From assembly GCA_033551855.1 (NCBI GenBank), contig JAWSUI010000002.1, forward strand, positions 32,001 through 96,000: a stretch of 64,000 nt of DNA, in the 5' to 3' direction. This document shows, in pieces, positions 20,417 to 29,114 of the stretch. The first letter of the stretch is position 1. The number at the start of each line of letters is the position of its first letter. The notes below the pieces were generated by a model, which saw nothing but the letters and a program-made list of their open reading frames with translations, did not search any database and was not told the DNA's origin. This DNA comes from Deferrisomatales bacterium. Its GTDB lineage: Bacteria > Desulfobacterota > Deferrisomatia > Deferrisomatales > JACRMM01. The position numbers and the translations under genes are program-made.

Positions 20417-21789
20417 TCGTCGACACCCACGCCCATCTGACCCTGAAGGGCCTGCGGGAGGACCTGGAGGGCGTCCTCGGCCGGGCCCGGAAGGCCGGCG
20501 TCGGGGCGGTCATCACCGTGGGGATCGACCCGGAGGACAGCCGGGCAGCGGTGCGCCTGGCGGAGAGCACCGCCGGGGTCTGGGCGACGGTGGGGGTGCA
20601 CCCCCACGATGCCGCAGGGCTCACGGCGGCCGCCCTGGACGACCTGGCCGCCCTTGCCCGCTCCCCTGCCGTGGTCGCCTGGGGGGAGACGGGGCTGGAC
20701 TTCTACCGGGACCGATCCCCCCGCGCAGACCAGGAGCGGTGGTTCCGCGAGCAGGTGGTGCGGGCGCGGGAGCTGGAGCTTCCCCTCGTGGTGCACGACC
20801 GGGAGGCCCACGCCGAGACCCTGGCCGTGCTCCGGGAGGAGGGACGGGGACGGCTGCGGGGTGTGTTCCACTGTTTTTCCGGGGACGAGGCCTTCGCCCG
20901 GGCGGTGCTGGCTCTGGGGTTTCACCTTTCCTTCCCCGGTACGGTGACCTACCCGCGCAACGAAGCTCTCCGGCAGGCGGCGGCCTCCGTTCCCCTGGAG
21001 AGGGTGCTCCTGGAGACGGATTGCCCCTTCCTGGCGCCCCAGCCGGTCAGGGGCAGAAGGAACGAGCCCGCGTACCTGGTGCACACGGCCCGCGAGGTGG
21101 CGCGCCTGCGGGGACTGGAGCTCGAGGACGTGGCCCGGATCACCACCCGCGCCAGCCGGGAGCTCTTCGGCGTGGGGGAGGCCCAGGAGCCCCGGATCGC
21201 CTACCCGATCCGGCGCAGCCTCTACCTCAACGTCACGAGCCGGTGCACGAATCGGTGTGCGTTCTGCGCCAAGAGCCGCTCTTCTGCGGTGAAGGGCCAT
21301 GACCTGACCCTGCTGCGGGAGCCCGAGGTGCAGGCGGTCCTGGCCGCGGTGGAGGCCGAAGGGGGGCCGGCGGCCTGGGACGAGGTCGTATTCTGCGGCT
21401 TGGGGGAGCCGCTGCTCCGGTTGGGGCTCGTCCTGGAGCTCGCCCGGGAGCTCCGGGGTCGAGGGGCCCACCGGATCCGGGTAAACACCGACGGCCTCGC
21501 GAGCCTCGTGCACGGCCGGGACGTGGCCGCGGACCTGGAAGGGGTGGTGGACGCCGTTTCCGTGAGCCTCAACGCCCCCGATGCCGCCACCTATGAGCGC
21601 CTCTGCCGGCCGGGGGTCGAGGGGGCGTACCCGGCGCTGCTGGAATTCCTGCGGCAGGTTCGGGACCGCCTTCCCGAGGTCACGGCCACGGTCGTGGCGG
21701 TGCCGGGCCTCGACGTGGAAGCGTGCCGACAGGTGGCCCGGGAGCTCGGCGTCGGTTTTCGGGTTCGCGCGTACGACGAGGTGGGGTAG
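20413..21789 (+). CDS. TatD-family nuclease fused to a C-terminal radical SAM domain
   Basis: DTHAH, GVHPH, GETGLDF, HCFSG, ETDCPFLAP; then LYLNVTSRCTNRCAFC, VFCGLGEP. Confidence 0.93.
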   Translation: MIVDTHAHLTLKGLREDLEGVLGRARKAGVGAVITVGIDPEDSRAAVRLAESTAGVWATVGVHPHDAAGLTAAALDDLAALARSPAVVAWGETGLDFYRDRSPRADQERWFREQVVRARELELPLVVHDREAHAETLAVLREEGRGRLRGVFHCFSGDEAFARAVLALGFHLSFPGTVTYPRNEALRQAAASVPLERVLLETDCPFLAPQPVRGRRNEPAYLVHTAREVARLRGLELEDVARITTRASRELFGVGEAQEPRIAYPIRRSLYLNVTSRCTNRCAFCAKSRSSAVKGHDLTLLREPEVQAVLAAVEAEGGPAAWDEVVFCGLGEPLLRLGLVLELARELRGRGAHRIRVNTDGLASLVHGRDVAADLEGVVDAVSVSLNAPDAATYERLCRPGVEGAYPALLEFLRQVRDRLPEVTATVVAVPGLDVEACRQVARELGVGFRVRAYDEVG

Positions 21790-21842
21790 CAGGAGGTAGG
21801 TGGCGAGCCCGGTTTCGTCTCGCTCGAAGGACGGAGGGTCCC

Positions 21843-22313
21843 ATGAGTCGTTCCCCGATGACCCGCGACGGTTACGCCCGGATCCGCGAGGAGCTCGAGA
21901 GGCTCAAGCGCGAGGATCGGGTCCAGATCATCAAGGAGATCGGAGCCGCCCGGTCCCACGGCGACATTTCGGAGAATGCCGAGTACCACGCGGCTCGGGA
22001 GAAACAGGGCTGGATCGAGGCGAAGATCCGCGACCTGGAGACCCGCCTGGCGAGCTCGGAGATCGTGGACGTGACCCCCGGGCCCAAGGATCGGGTGGTC
22101 TTCGGCTCCTGGGTCCGATTGGAGGACGTGGAGACCGGCGAAGAGAAGAAGTACCACATCGTGGGACCCCACGAGTCCGACGTGGACCAGGGGCGCATCT
22201 CGATCTCCTCCCCACTTGGTCGGGCCATGCTCGGCAAGGCGGTGGGCGACGAGGTCGTGGTCAAGGCCCCGGGCCGCACCCTCGAGTACGAGGTGCTCGA
22301 GATCTTCGACTGA
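21843..22313 (+). CDS. greA: Transcription elongation factor GreA
   Basis: HGDISENAEYHAARE; ISISSPLGRAMLGK. Confidence 0.96.
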   Translation: MSRSPMTRDGYARIREELERLKREDRVQIIKEIGAARSHGDISENAEYHAAREKQGWIEAKIRDLETRLASSEIVDVTPGPKDRVVFGSWVRLEDVETGEEKKYHIVGPHESDVDQGRISISSPLGRAMLGKAVGDEVVVKAPGRTLEYEVLEIFD

Positions 22314-22384
22314 GCCCCCGACATCCTGCGGCCACCCGTTGGACCGCGTTACATCGCAGGTTGCCTTGCAACCGGGAGGAGCCC

Positions 22385-23269
22385 ATGGAACGCCCGCCGG
22401 TGTATGAGACCGACTTTTCCGGCCTGCGCCGCGTCAGTCGGGGAAAGGTTCGCGACATCTACGACCTGGGAGACGAGTTGCTCATCGTCACCAGCGACCG
22501 GCTCTCTGCGTTCGACGTCGTGCTGCCGACGCCGATCCCGGGGAAGGGCGAGGTCCTCACCCTCCTCTCGGCCCACTGGTTCGGCCGCACCCGGGATCTG
22601 GTCCCGAATCACCTCCTGTCCATCGCCCCGGAAGACTTCCCCCCGGAGACCCGACCCCACGCGGAGGTCCTCCGGGGTCGGTCCATGCTCGTGCGCAAGG
22701 CGAAGCCCCTCCCCGTGGAGTGCATCGTGCGGGGCTACCTGGTGGGGTCCGGCTGGCAGGAGTACCGCGCCTCCGGAACGGTGTGCGGTCTCCGGCTGCC
22801 CCCGGGGCTGCGGGAGTCGGAACGCCTGGCCGAACCCCTCTTCACGCCGTCTACCAAGGCCGAGATCGGAGCCCACGACGAGAACATCCCCTTCGAGCGG
22901 GTGGAAGACCTGATCGGGGTCGAACTGGCCCGGCGGGTCCGCGACCTGTCCCTCTCGGTGTACCGGCGGGGTGCCGAGGAAGCGGCGGCCCGGGGCGTCC
23001 TCATCGCCGACACCAAGATGGAGTTCGGGCTCCTGGACGGCGAGCTGCTGCTCATCGACGAGGTCCTGACCCCGGATTCTTCGCGGTTCTGGCGCGCCGG
23101 GAGCTACCGGGTCGGGCAGCGGCAGGACAGCCTGGACAAGCAGTACGTCCGGGACTACCTGAACACCCTGGAGTGGGACAAGAAGGCCCCGGGGCCGGCG
23201 CTGCCCGAGGCGGTGGTGGCGGAGACGTCGCGGCGCTACCGGGAGATCCTGGACATCCTCACCCGCTGA
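22385..23269 (+). CDS. purC: SAICAR synthase
   Basis: GKVRDIY; DRLSAFD; ADTKMEFG; DEVLTPDSSRFW. Confidence 0.96.
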   Translation: MERPPVYETDFSGLRRVSRGKVRDIYDLGDELLIVTSDRLSAFDVVLPTPIPGKGEVLTLLSAHWFGRTRDLVPNHLLSIAPEDFPPETRPHAEVLRGRSMLVRKAKPLPVECIVRGYLVGSGWQEYRASGTVCGLRLPPGLRESERLAEPLFTPSTKAEIGAHDENIPFERVEDLIGVELARRVRDLSLSVYRRGAEEAAARGVLIADTKMEFGLLDGELLLIDEVLTPDSSRFWRAGSYRVGQRQDSLDKQYVRDYLNTLEWDKKAPGPALPEAVVAETSRRYREILDILTR

Positions 23270-23307
23270 GGGCGCCGGGGCGGAACCCGTGCCGCGGAGG
23301 AAGCAGG

Positions 23308-24183
23308 ATGGGCGTGGCCAACGAGCCCAAGGTGATCGCAGCCGTGGATCTCTCCGAAGTCTCGCCGGCGGTGGCTGTCACGGGGGCGCGCCTGGCACAC
23401 CGCCTCGGAGGGGGCTGCCTGGTGGTCCACGTGGTGGAGGCCCTTTCCGGGGAGGAGGACGCCGGCCCCCTGCTGCCGGTCCTGCGGCGGTGGGTGGAGG
23501 GGGTGCGCCGGGAAGCGCGGGAGGGACTGGCCCGGCTCCTCGCCGACCCCGCGCTCCGCGGCTACGCGGTCCGGGGCCAGATCGCCGAGGGGAAGGGGCA
23601 CTCCCGGATCCTGGAGGCAGCCCGGGGACCCTCCGTAGCCCTGGTGGTGCTGGGCGGGCCGCCCCCGTCCCGCCTCCTCGGCTCGACGGCCGAGCGAGTG
23701 GTCCGCCGCAGCCCCGTGCCGGTCCTGGTGGTCCGCCGGCCCCCGTCGCTGGGCTACACCCGGGTCCTGGTGGGGGTGGACTTCTCGGACGGTGCGGGCC
23801 GGGCCCTGGAGCAGGCCTTGGCCCTGGCCGAGGGAGGGGCCCGGATCACCGCCTGCCACGTCCTCGACACCCTGGGGCATCCCCCTACAGAGGAGGTGCT
23901 CCGGGCTGCGCAGGGCGTGGAGGGGCGCGTCCGGGCGTGGACCGAGGAGAGGACCGGCACCGCCGTGGACGTGCGGGTGGAGCCCGGTCGCCCCAGGGAG
24001 GTGCTCCTGCAGGCGGCGAAGGAGGTGTCAGCGGATCTCCTCGCCGTGGGCGGCAGGGGAAGAGGAACCCTCAAGCAGCTCCTCCTTGGGTCGGTGGCGG
24101 AGGCGGCGGCCCGACGGGCCCCTTGCGACGTGCTGGTGGTCCCCTCCCCGGGGGGCGGGGAGCGGTGGGAGGAGGCCGATTGA
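23308..24183 (+). CDS. Universal stress protein, tandem USP domains
   Basis: AAVDLSE; LLGSTAERVVRRSPVPVLVV; GVDFSD; LLGSVAEAAARRAPCDVLVV. Confidence 0.92.
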   Translation: MGVANEPKVIAAVDLSEVSPAVAVTGARLAHRLGGGCLVVHVVEALSGEEDAGPLLPVLRRWVEGVRREAREGLARLLADPALRGYAVRGQIAEGKGHSRILEAARGPSVALVVLGGPPPSRLLGSTAERVVRRSPVPVLVVRRPPSLGYTRVLVGVDFSDGAGRALEQALALAEGGARITACHVLDTLGHPPTEEVLRAAQGVEGRVRAWTEERTGTAVDVRVEPGRPREVLLQAAKEVSADLLAVGGRGRGTLKQLLLGSVAEAAARRAPCDVLVVPSPGGGERWEEAD

Positions 24184-24938
24184 GGCCGGTGCTTCGGCTC
24201 CCCGCCCTGTTCGCGGCTGGGCTCGCAGGCCTTCTCCTCGGCCCGCTCGCCGCGGCCGGGTGGCGGCGGGGGGCGGTTCGCCTGTGGTGTCGCGTGGCGG
24301 CCTGGGCGGTGGGTCTGCGGATTCTCCGGGAGGGGAACCCTCCTCCCCCGGGATCCCTCGTGGCGGCCAATCACGTGGGATATCTGGACATTCTCGCCCT
24401 GGGGGCCACCACCCCCGGGCGCTTCCTCGCCAAAGCGGAGGTCGCGGGCTGGCCCCTCCTCGGTCTCCTTGCCCGGTGCGGCGGCGCCATCTTCGTAGAG
24501 CGGGAGCAGGCCCGTGCTTCCCTGGAGGCCTTGGGCGCTCTCGAGGCCCACCAGGAGGCGGGTGAGACCGTGGTGTTCTTTCCCGAGGCGGGGGTCGCGC
24601 CCGACGCCCGCACCCTCGGACCCTTTCGGCCAATGGCCTTCGAGGCCTGTGTGCGGACGGGCAGGCCCACGGTGCCTGTGGCCCTCCGCTACACCCGCCC
24701 CTCGGACCCGCGCGTCTGGGGCTGGATCGAGGAGCCGAGTCTCTGGCGCCACCTGTGGAACCGCCTCCTGCCCGCCGGGCCCATCGAGGTCACCGTGCAC
24801 TTCGGCGCCCCCCTGTATCCTGAGCCGGGCACCGATCGCAAGGTACTGGCCGGCAGGGCCCGGCAGGCCGTGCTCGAGCTCCTGGGCGGGCACGGCCCCT
24901 CGGACTTTCCCCCCCCTCGCGGTACGGGAGGACCTTGA
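24180..24938 (+). CDS. Lysophospholipid acyltransferase (PlsC superfamily)
   Basis: ANHVGYLD (HxxxxD); FLAKAEVAGWP; FFPEAG; TTGA overlap with the USP stop. Confidence 0.9.
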   Translation: MRPVLRLPALFAAGLAGLLLGPLAAAGWRRGAVRLWCRVAAWAVGLRILREGNPPPPGSLVAANHVGYLDILALGATTPGRFLAKAEVAGWPLLGLLARCGGAIFVEREQARASLEALGALEAHQEAGETVVFFPEAGVAPDARTLGPFRPMAFEACVRTGRPTVPVALRYTRPSDPRVWGWIEEPSLWRHLWNRLLPAGPIEVTVHFGAPLYPEPGTDRKVLAGRARQAVLELLGGHGPSDFPPPRGTGGP

Positions 24939-26710
24939 ACGTGGTGCACGACCCGCTCTTGCCGGAGCCGACGCTCCTCCGGGCCCTGGAGGCCCGAGTG
25001 CACCTGTCGGGCTCCGAGACGTGGCTGAAGCTGTACGTCCGGGACCGCTTGGCCTGCACCCTCACGTACGGGGAGCTCTGGGCGGGCGCCCGTGCCTGGG
25101 CTGCGCACCTGCGGGTGAGGGGGGTCGAACCGGGGGATCGGGTGTTGCTCCTGCTTCCCACGGAGCAGGCCTTCTACGAGTCGTACTGGGGCATTCTCCT
25201 GGCGGGTGCGGTCCCCGTGCCGGCGTACCCGCCGGTCCGTCTGAGCCGCATGGAGGAGTACCTCCAGGCCCTGGGCGGGCTCGTTCGGGGCAGCGGGGCC
25301 CGAGCCCTGGTCACGAGCGACGCGATTCGGCCCCTGGTGCGACCCGTGCAGGACGCGGGCGGAAGCGCCTTGCCCTTCGTGGTGCCCCAGGAGGTGACGG
25401 CGCGCGAGGGAGGCCAGGAGGTTCCGGAAATCGAGGTCCGGCCCGAGGATCTGGGCCTGCTCCAGTACACCTCGGGGAGCACGGGCCGCCAGAAGGGGGT
25501 CATGCTCACCCACGCCAACCTCCTTGCGAACCTCCGGGCCATTGGCCGGGGGGTGGAACTCGGCCCGGGGGACGTAGCCGTGTCGTGGCTTCCCCTGTAC
25601 CACGACATGGGGCTCATCGGGCTGATGCTGGGTTCCCTGTATTGGGGCATCCCCCTCGTGGCACTCTCCCCGATCGACTTCCTGCGCCGGCCCGTCCGCT
25701 GGCTCCGGGCCTTGTCGGAGCACCGGGGTACGGTCTCCGCAGGCCCCAACTTCGCCTTCAGCCTTGCAGCGCGCAAGATCCGGGACGCAGACCTGCAGGG
25801 GATGGACCTCTCGTCCTGGCGGGTGGCCCTGTGCGGGGCCGAGCCGATCCACCCGACGACCATCGAAACGTTCACCCGCCGGTTCGCGCCGCACGGGTTC
25901 CGTCCGGAGGCCTTCTTCCCGGCCTACGGCCTGGCCGAGAACACCCTGGCGGTCTCCTTCTCCGCGTTGGGGCAGCGGCCCCACGTGGAGCACGTGGATG
26001 CAGGGGTCCTGGAAACCGAGGGACGGGCCGTGCGGGTCGGCTCGGTGGAGGGATCCCGTGCCATCGTGAGCGTGGGGCGGGCCCTCGAGACGATCGAGGT
26101 GGCCATCGCGGATGATGCCGGCGGACCCGCCCCGGCCGGGACCCGGGGTGAGGTGCTCGTGCGGGGGCCTTCGGTCATGGCCGGGTACTTCGGCAACCCC
26201 GAAGCCACCGCTGCGGCCCTCGCCGGGGGTTGGCTGCACACCGGGGATCTGGGCTTCCTGCTCGACGGCCACCTCTTCATCTGCGGGCGCAAGAAGGACA
26301 TGGTCATCAAGGCAGGCCGGAACTACTTCGCCGAGGACCTAGAGGCGGCGGCCGTGGCCCTGGCCGGGGTGCGCCCCGGGGGGGTGGCGGTCTTTGCGGT
26401 GGAGAACGAGGTCCGGGGCACCGAGGAGGTGGTCCTCGTGGCGGAGATCCGGGAGGGGGCCGAGCGCAGGGGCCTTGCGGAGGCCCTCCAGGCCCGGGTG
26501 AGTGAGGCGACCGGGTGCCGCCCCGATCGGGTCGTCCTCGTTGCGCCCCACACGCTGGCGAAGACCTCGTCGGGAAAGATCCAGCGCTTCCGGGTCCGGG
26601 CCTGGTACCTCGATGGGAGCCTCGCCTCCCGAGGGGGGGAGCGGCAGACGACGGGGTTCTGGACCTACCTGAAGGCTTGGTTGCGGGACAAGTTGCGGGG
26701 GAGAGACTGA
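24935..26710 (+). CDS. Fatty acyl-AMP ligase (FAAL)
   Basis: LQYTSGSTG; SWLPLYHDMGLIG; FLRRPVRWL; YGLAENTL followed by the FAAL-type insertion; KTSSGKIQR. Confidence 0.9.
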   Translation: MNVVHDPLLPEPTLLRALEARVHLSGSETWLKLYVRDRLACTLTYGELWAGARAWAAHLRVRGVEPGDRVLLLLPTEQAFYESYWGILLAGAVPVPAYPPVRLSRMEEYLQALGGLVRGSGARALVTSDAIRPLVRPVQDAGGSALPFVVPQEVTAREGGQEVPEIEVRPEDLGLLQYTSGSTGRQKGVMLTHANLLANLRAIGRGVELGPGDVAVSWLPLYHDMGLIGLMLGSLYWGIPLVALSPIDFLRRPVRWLRALSEHRGTVSAGPNFAFSLAARKIRDADLQGMDLSSWRVALCGAEPIHPTTIETFTRRFAPHGFRPEAFFPAYGLAENTLAVSFSALGQRPHVEHVDAGVLETEGRAVRVGSVEGSRAIVSVGRALETIEVAIADDAGGPAPAGTRGEVLVRGPSVMAGYFGNPEATAAALAGGWLHTGDLGFLLDGHLFICGRKKDMVIKAGRNYFAEDLEAAAVALAGVRPGGVAVFAVENEVRGTEEVVLVAEIREGAERRGLAEALQARVSEATGCRPDRVVLVAPHTLAKTSSGKIQRFRVRAWYLDGSLASRGGERQTTGFWTYLKAWLRDKLRGRD

Positions 26711-26800
26711 GGGCGGCGGCAGGGGGAGGTTGCCTCCTGCCCGGGAACGGGGCGGGCCCGCCGCCCGCGTTGCGGTGGACGGACGGAGGAGGGCAGGAGA

Positions 26801-27886
26801 ATGGGCGAGATCCGCGTCGCCTTGGTGGGCGTCGGAAACTGCGCGGCGGCCCTGCTGCAGGGGATCGAATATCACCGGCGCCACCTCGGTGACTCGGCCG
26901 GTCTCATGCACCGGGAGGTGGGCGGCTATCTGCCCTGGGACCTCAGGGTCGTGGCCGCGTTCGACGTGGACGCGCGCAAGGTGGGGCTGCCCCTGGACGA
27001 GGCCCTCCGCGCCCCTCCCAACTGCATCCTCCCCCTCTGTCCCGACCTCCCCCCTTCCGATGTCGTGGTGCAGATGGGGTCCGTCCTCGACGGGGTGGCG
27101 CCCCACATGGCCGAGTACCCGGAGCACCGCGCCTTCCGGGTCGCGTCCCGGGAGCCCGTGGACGTGGCGCGCGTGCTCCGGGAGTCGCGCGCGGAGATCC
27201 TGCTGAGCTACCTGCCGGTGGGTAGCGAAGACGCGAGTCGCTTCTACGCCCGTTGCTGTCTGGAAACGGGGGTCTCCCTGGTCAACTGCATGCCGGCGTT
27301 TCTCGTGTCCGACCCGGAGTGGGGGGAGCGGTTTCGGCGCGCAGGGATCCCGTGCGTGGGGGACGACGTCAAGAGCCAGGTGGGGGCCACCGTGATCCAC
27401 CGGGTCCTCGCCCGGCTCTTCGCCGAGCGGGGCGCCCGGCTGGAGCGCACCTACCAGCTCAACACCGGGGGGAACACCGACTTCCTCAACATGCTGGAAA
27501 GGGGTCGCCTGGCTTCAAAGAAGGTCTCCAAGACCGAGGCCGTCCAGTCGGTGCTGCCCCGGCCCCTGTCCCCCGACCACATCCACATCGGCCCCTCCGA
27601 CTACGTGCCGTGGCAGGAAGACAACAAGGTGTGCTTCCTGAGACTGGAGGCCGTGGGCTTCGGCGGCTCCCCCATCGAGCTCGAGGCAAGGCTGTCGGTG
27701 CAGGACTCCCCAAACTCCGGCGGGGTCGCCGTGGATGCGGTGCGGGTCTGCAAGGTGGCCCGGGACCGGGGTGAGGCCGGGCCGCTCGTGCCCATCTCCG
27801 CCTACACCATGAAGCACCCCCCCGTGCAGATGAGCGAGCCCGACGCCCGGGAGCGCATCGAGGCCTGGCTGGCCCAGGCCGTGTGA
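26801..27886 (+). CDS. ino1: myo-inositol-1(3)-phosphate synthase
   Basis: GVGNCA; YLPVGSE; GDDVKSQVGAT; YQLNTGGNTDFLNM; HIGPSDYVPW; DSPNSGG. Confidence 0.96.
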   Translation: MGEIRVALVGVGNCAAALLQGIEYHRRHLGDSAGLMHREVGGYLPWDLRVVAAFDVDARKVGLPLDEALRAPPNCILPLCPDLPPSDVVVQMGSVLDGVAPHMAEYPEHRAFRVASREPVDVARVLRESRAEILLSYLPVGSEDASRFYARCCLETGVSLVNCMPAFLVSDPEWGERFRRAGIPCVGDDVKSQVGATVIHRVLARLFAERGARLERTYQLNTGGNTDFLNMLERGRLASKKVSKTEAVQSVLPRPLSPDHIHIGPSDYVPWQEDNKVCFLRLEAVGFGGSPIELEARLSVQDSPNSGGVAVDAVRVCKVARDRGEAGPLVPISAYTMKHPPVQMSEPDARERIEAWLAQAV

Positions 27887-28527
27887 TGTTGGCCGGTACC
27901 GGGGCGGAGCGGGTCTTCCGCAGGCTGCTCGAGGGCTGCCTCGTGGCGCCCCTGGCGCGCGCCGGCGTGGTTCCGGACCACCTGACCGCTGTGGGGCTCG
28001 TGCTGTCGGCTCTGGCGGGGCTCCTGGCCCTCGGGGCTCCCCCGGCCGCCGCGGTTGCGCTGCTGGCGGCGGGGCTCCTGGACGGCCTGGACGGGTCCCT
28101 GGCCAGGGCGACGGGGAGGGCGAGCCGTGCCGGGGCGTTCCTCGATTCCACCCTGGACCGCTACGGGGAGTTCCTGGTGCTCCTGGGGGTCTGGGGTTGG
28201 CTCGCTCGGCTGGGCTGGGGCGGCTGGGGAGGGCTCCTGGCCCTGGCCGCGCTCCAGGGGGCGCTCATGGTGAGCTACACCCGAGCCCGGGCCGAGGGCC
28301 TTGGGCACGGCCTGCGGGGCGGGGTTTTCGAACGCCCCGAGAGGCTCCTCGTCCTAGCGGCGGGCCTCCTGGCGAGCGCGGGGGAGGGGCGGTGGGGCCT
28401 CGCCCCGGGGACGGTGCTCCTGGCGACCTTGGGGGTCCTGGGCCTGGGGGCCAACGTCACCGCGGTCCGGCGGGTCCTGCGGGGCCGGCGGGCCCTAGCG
28501 GTGTCCGAGCCTGCGCCCGGCTCCTGA
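27886..28527 (+). CDS. CDP-alcohol phosphatidyltransferase (PIP-synthase-like)
   Basis: DGLDGSLARATGRASRAGAFLDSTLDR; MVSYTRARAEGLG; ERPER; TGATG overlap with ino1. Confidence 0.9.
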   Translation: MLAGTGAERVFRRLLEGCLVAPLARAGVVPDHLTAVGLVLSALAGLLALGAPPAAAVALLAAGLLDGLDGSLARATGRASRAGAFLDSTLDRYGEFLVLLGVWGWLARLGWGGWGGLLALAALQGALMVSYTRARAEGLGHGLRGGVFERPERLLVLAAGLLASAGEGRWGLAPGTVLLATLGVLGLGANVTAVRRVLRGRRALAVSEPAPGS

Positions 28528-28613
28528 GGGGCGGGGAGATTACGACCGGCCCCTCGAAGCTTGTCGGGATGTGTGGCGAAGGATTCCCGGCCGAGGAGCG
28601 GCGTGTTTGGGGG

Positions 28614-29114
28614 TCACCCGCCCAGGGGGGAGAACCGCCCCCAGGCCCCGAGCTGCCGGTAGGCCTCGTAGACCGCCACCCCGACGGCCGCGGAGAGGTT
28701 GATGCTGCGCACGGGGCCCCAAATGGGGATGCGGCAGCAGGCCTCCGGGTGGGCGGCCAGGAGCGCGGGGGGAAGCCCGCGGGTTTCGGGGCCGAAGACC
28801 AGGCGGGCGCCCCGGGCGTAGGGGGCCTGGTCGTAGGGACGGCCCACCCGGGCCGAGAAGTAGAACACCGGCCCGTCCCCCGACGCGGCCAGGGCCTCCG
28901 GGAGACCCGGGTGGTGCCGCACCTCCACGTGCTCCCAGTAGTCGAGCCCCGCCCGCTTGAGGTAGCGGTCGTCGGTGGAAAAACCAAGGGGGTGCACCAG
29001 GTGCAGGGTCGACCCGGTGGCGGCGCACAGGCGGGCCACGTTGCCCGTGTTGGGGGGAATCTCCGGGTTCACCAGGATCACGTGCAGGCGCAGGGGCGCC
29101 GGGCTCACAGTCAA
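28614..29114 (-). CDS. trmL: tRNA (cytidine/uridine34-2'-O)-methyltransferase
   Basis: PEIPPNTGNVARLC; RAGLDYW; FGPETRGL; RSINLS. Confidence 0.95.
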   Translation of the reverse strand: MTVSPAPLRLHVILVNPEIPPNTGNVARLCAATGSTLHLVHPLGFSTDDRYLKRAGLDYWEHVEVRHHPGLPEALAASGDGPVFYFSARVGRPYDQAPYARGARLVFGPETRGLPPALLAAHPEACCRIPIWGPVRSINLSAAVGVAVYEAYRQLGAWGRFSPLGG

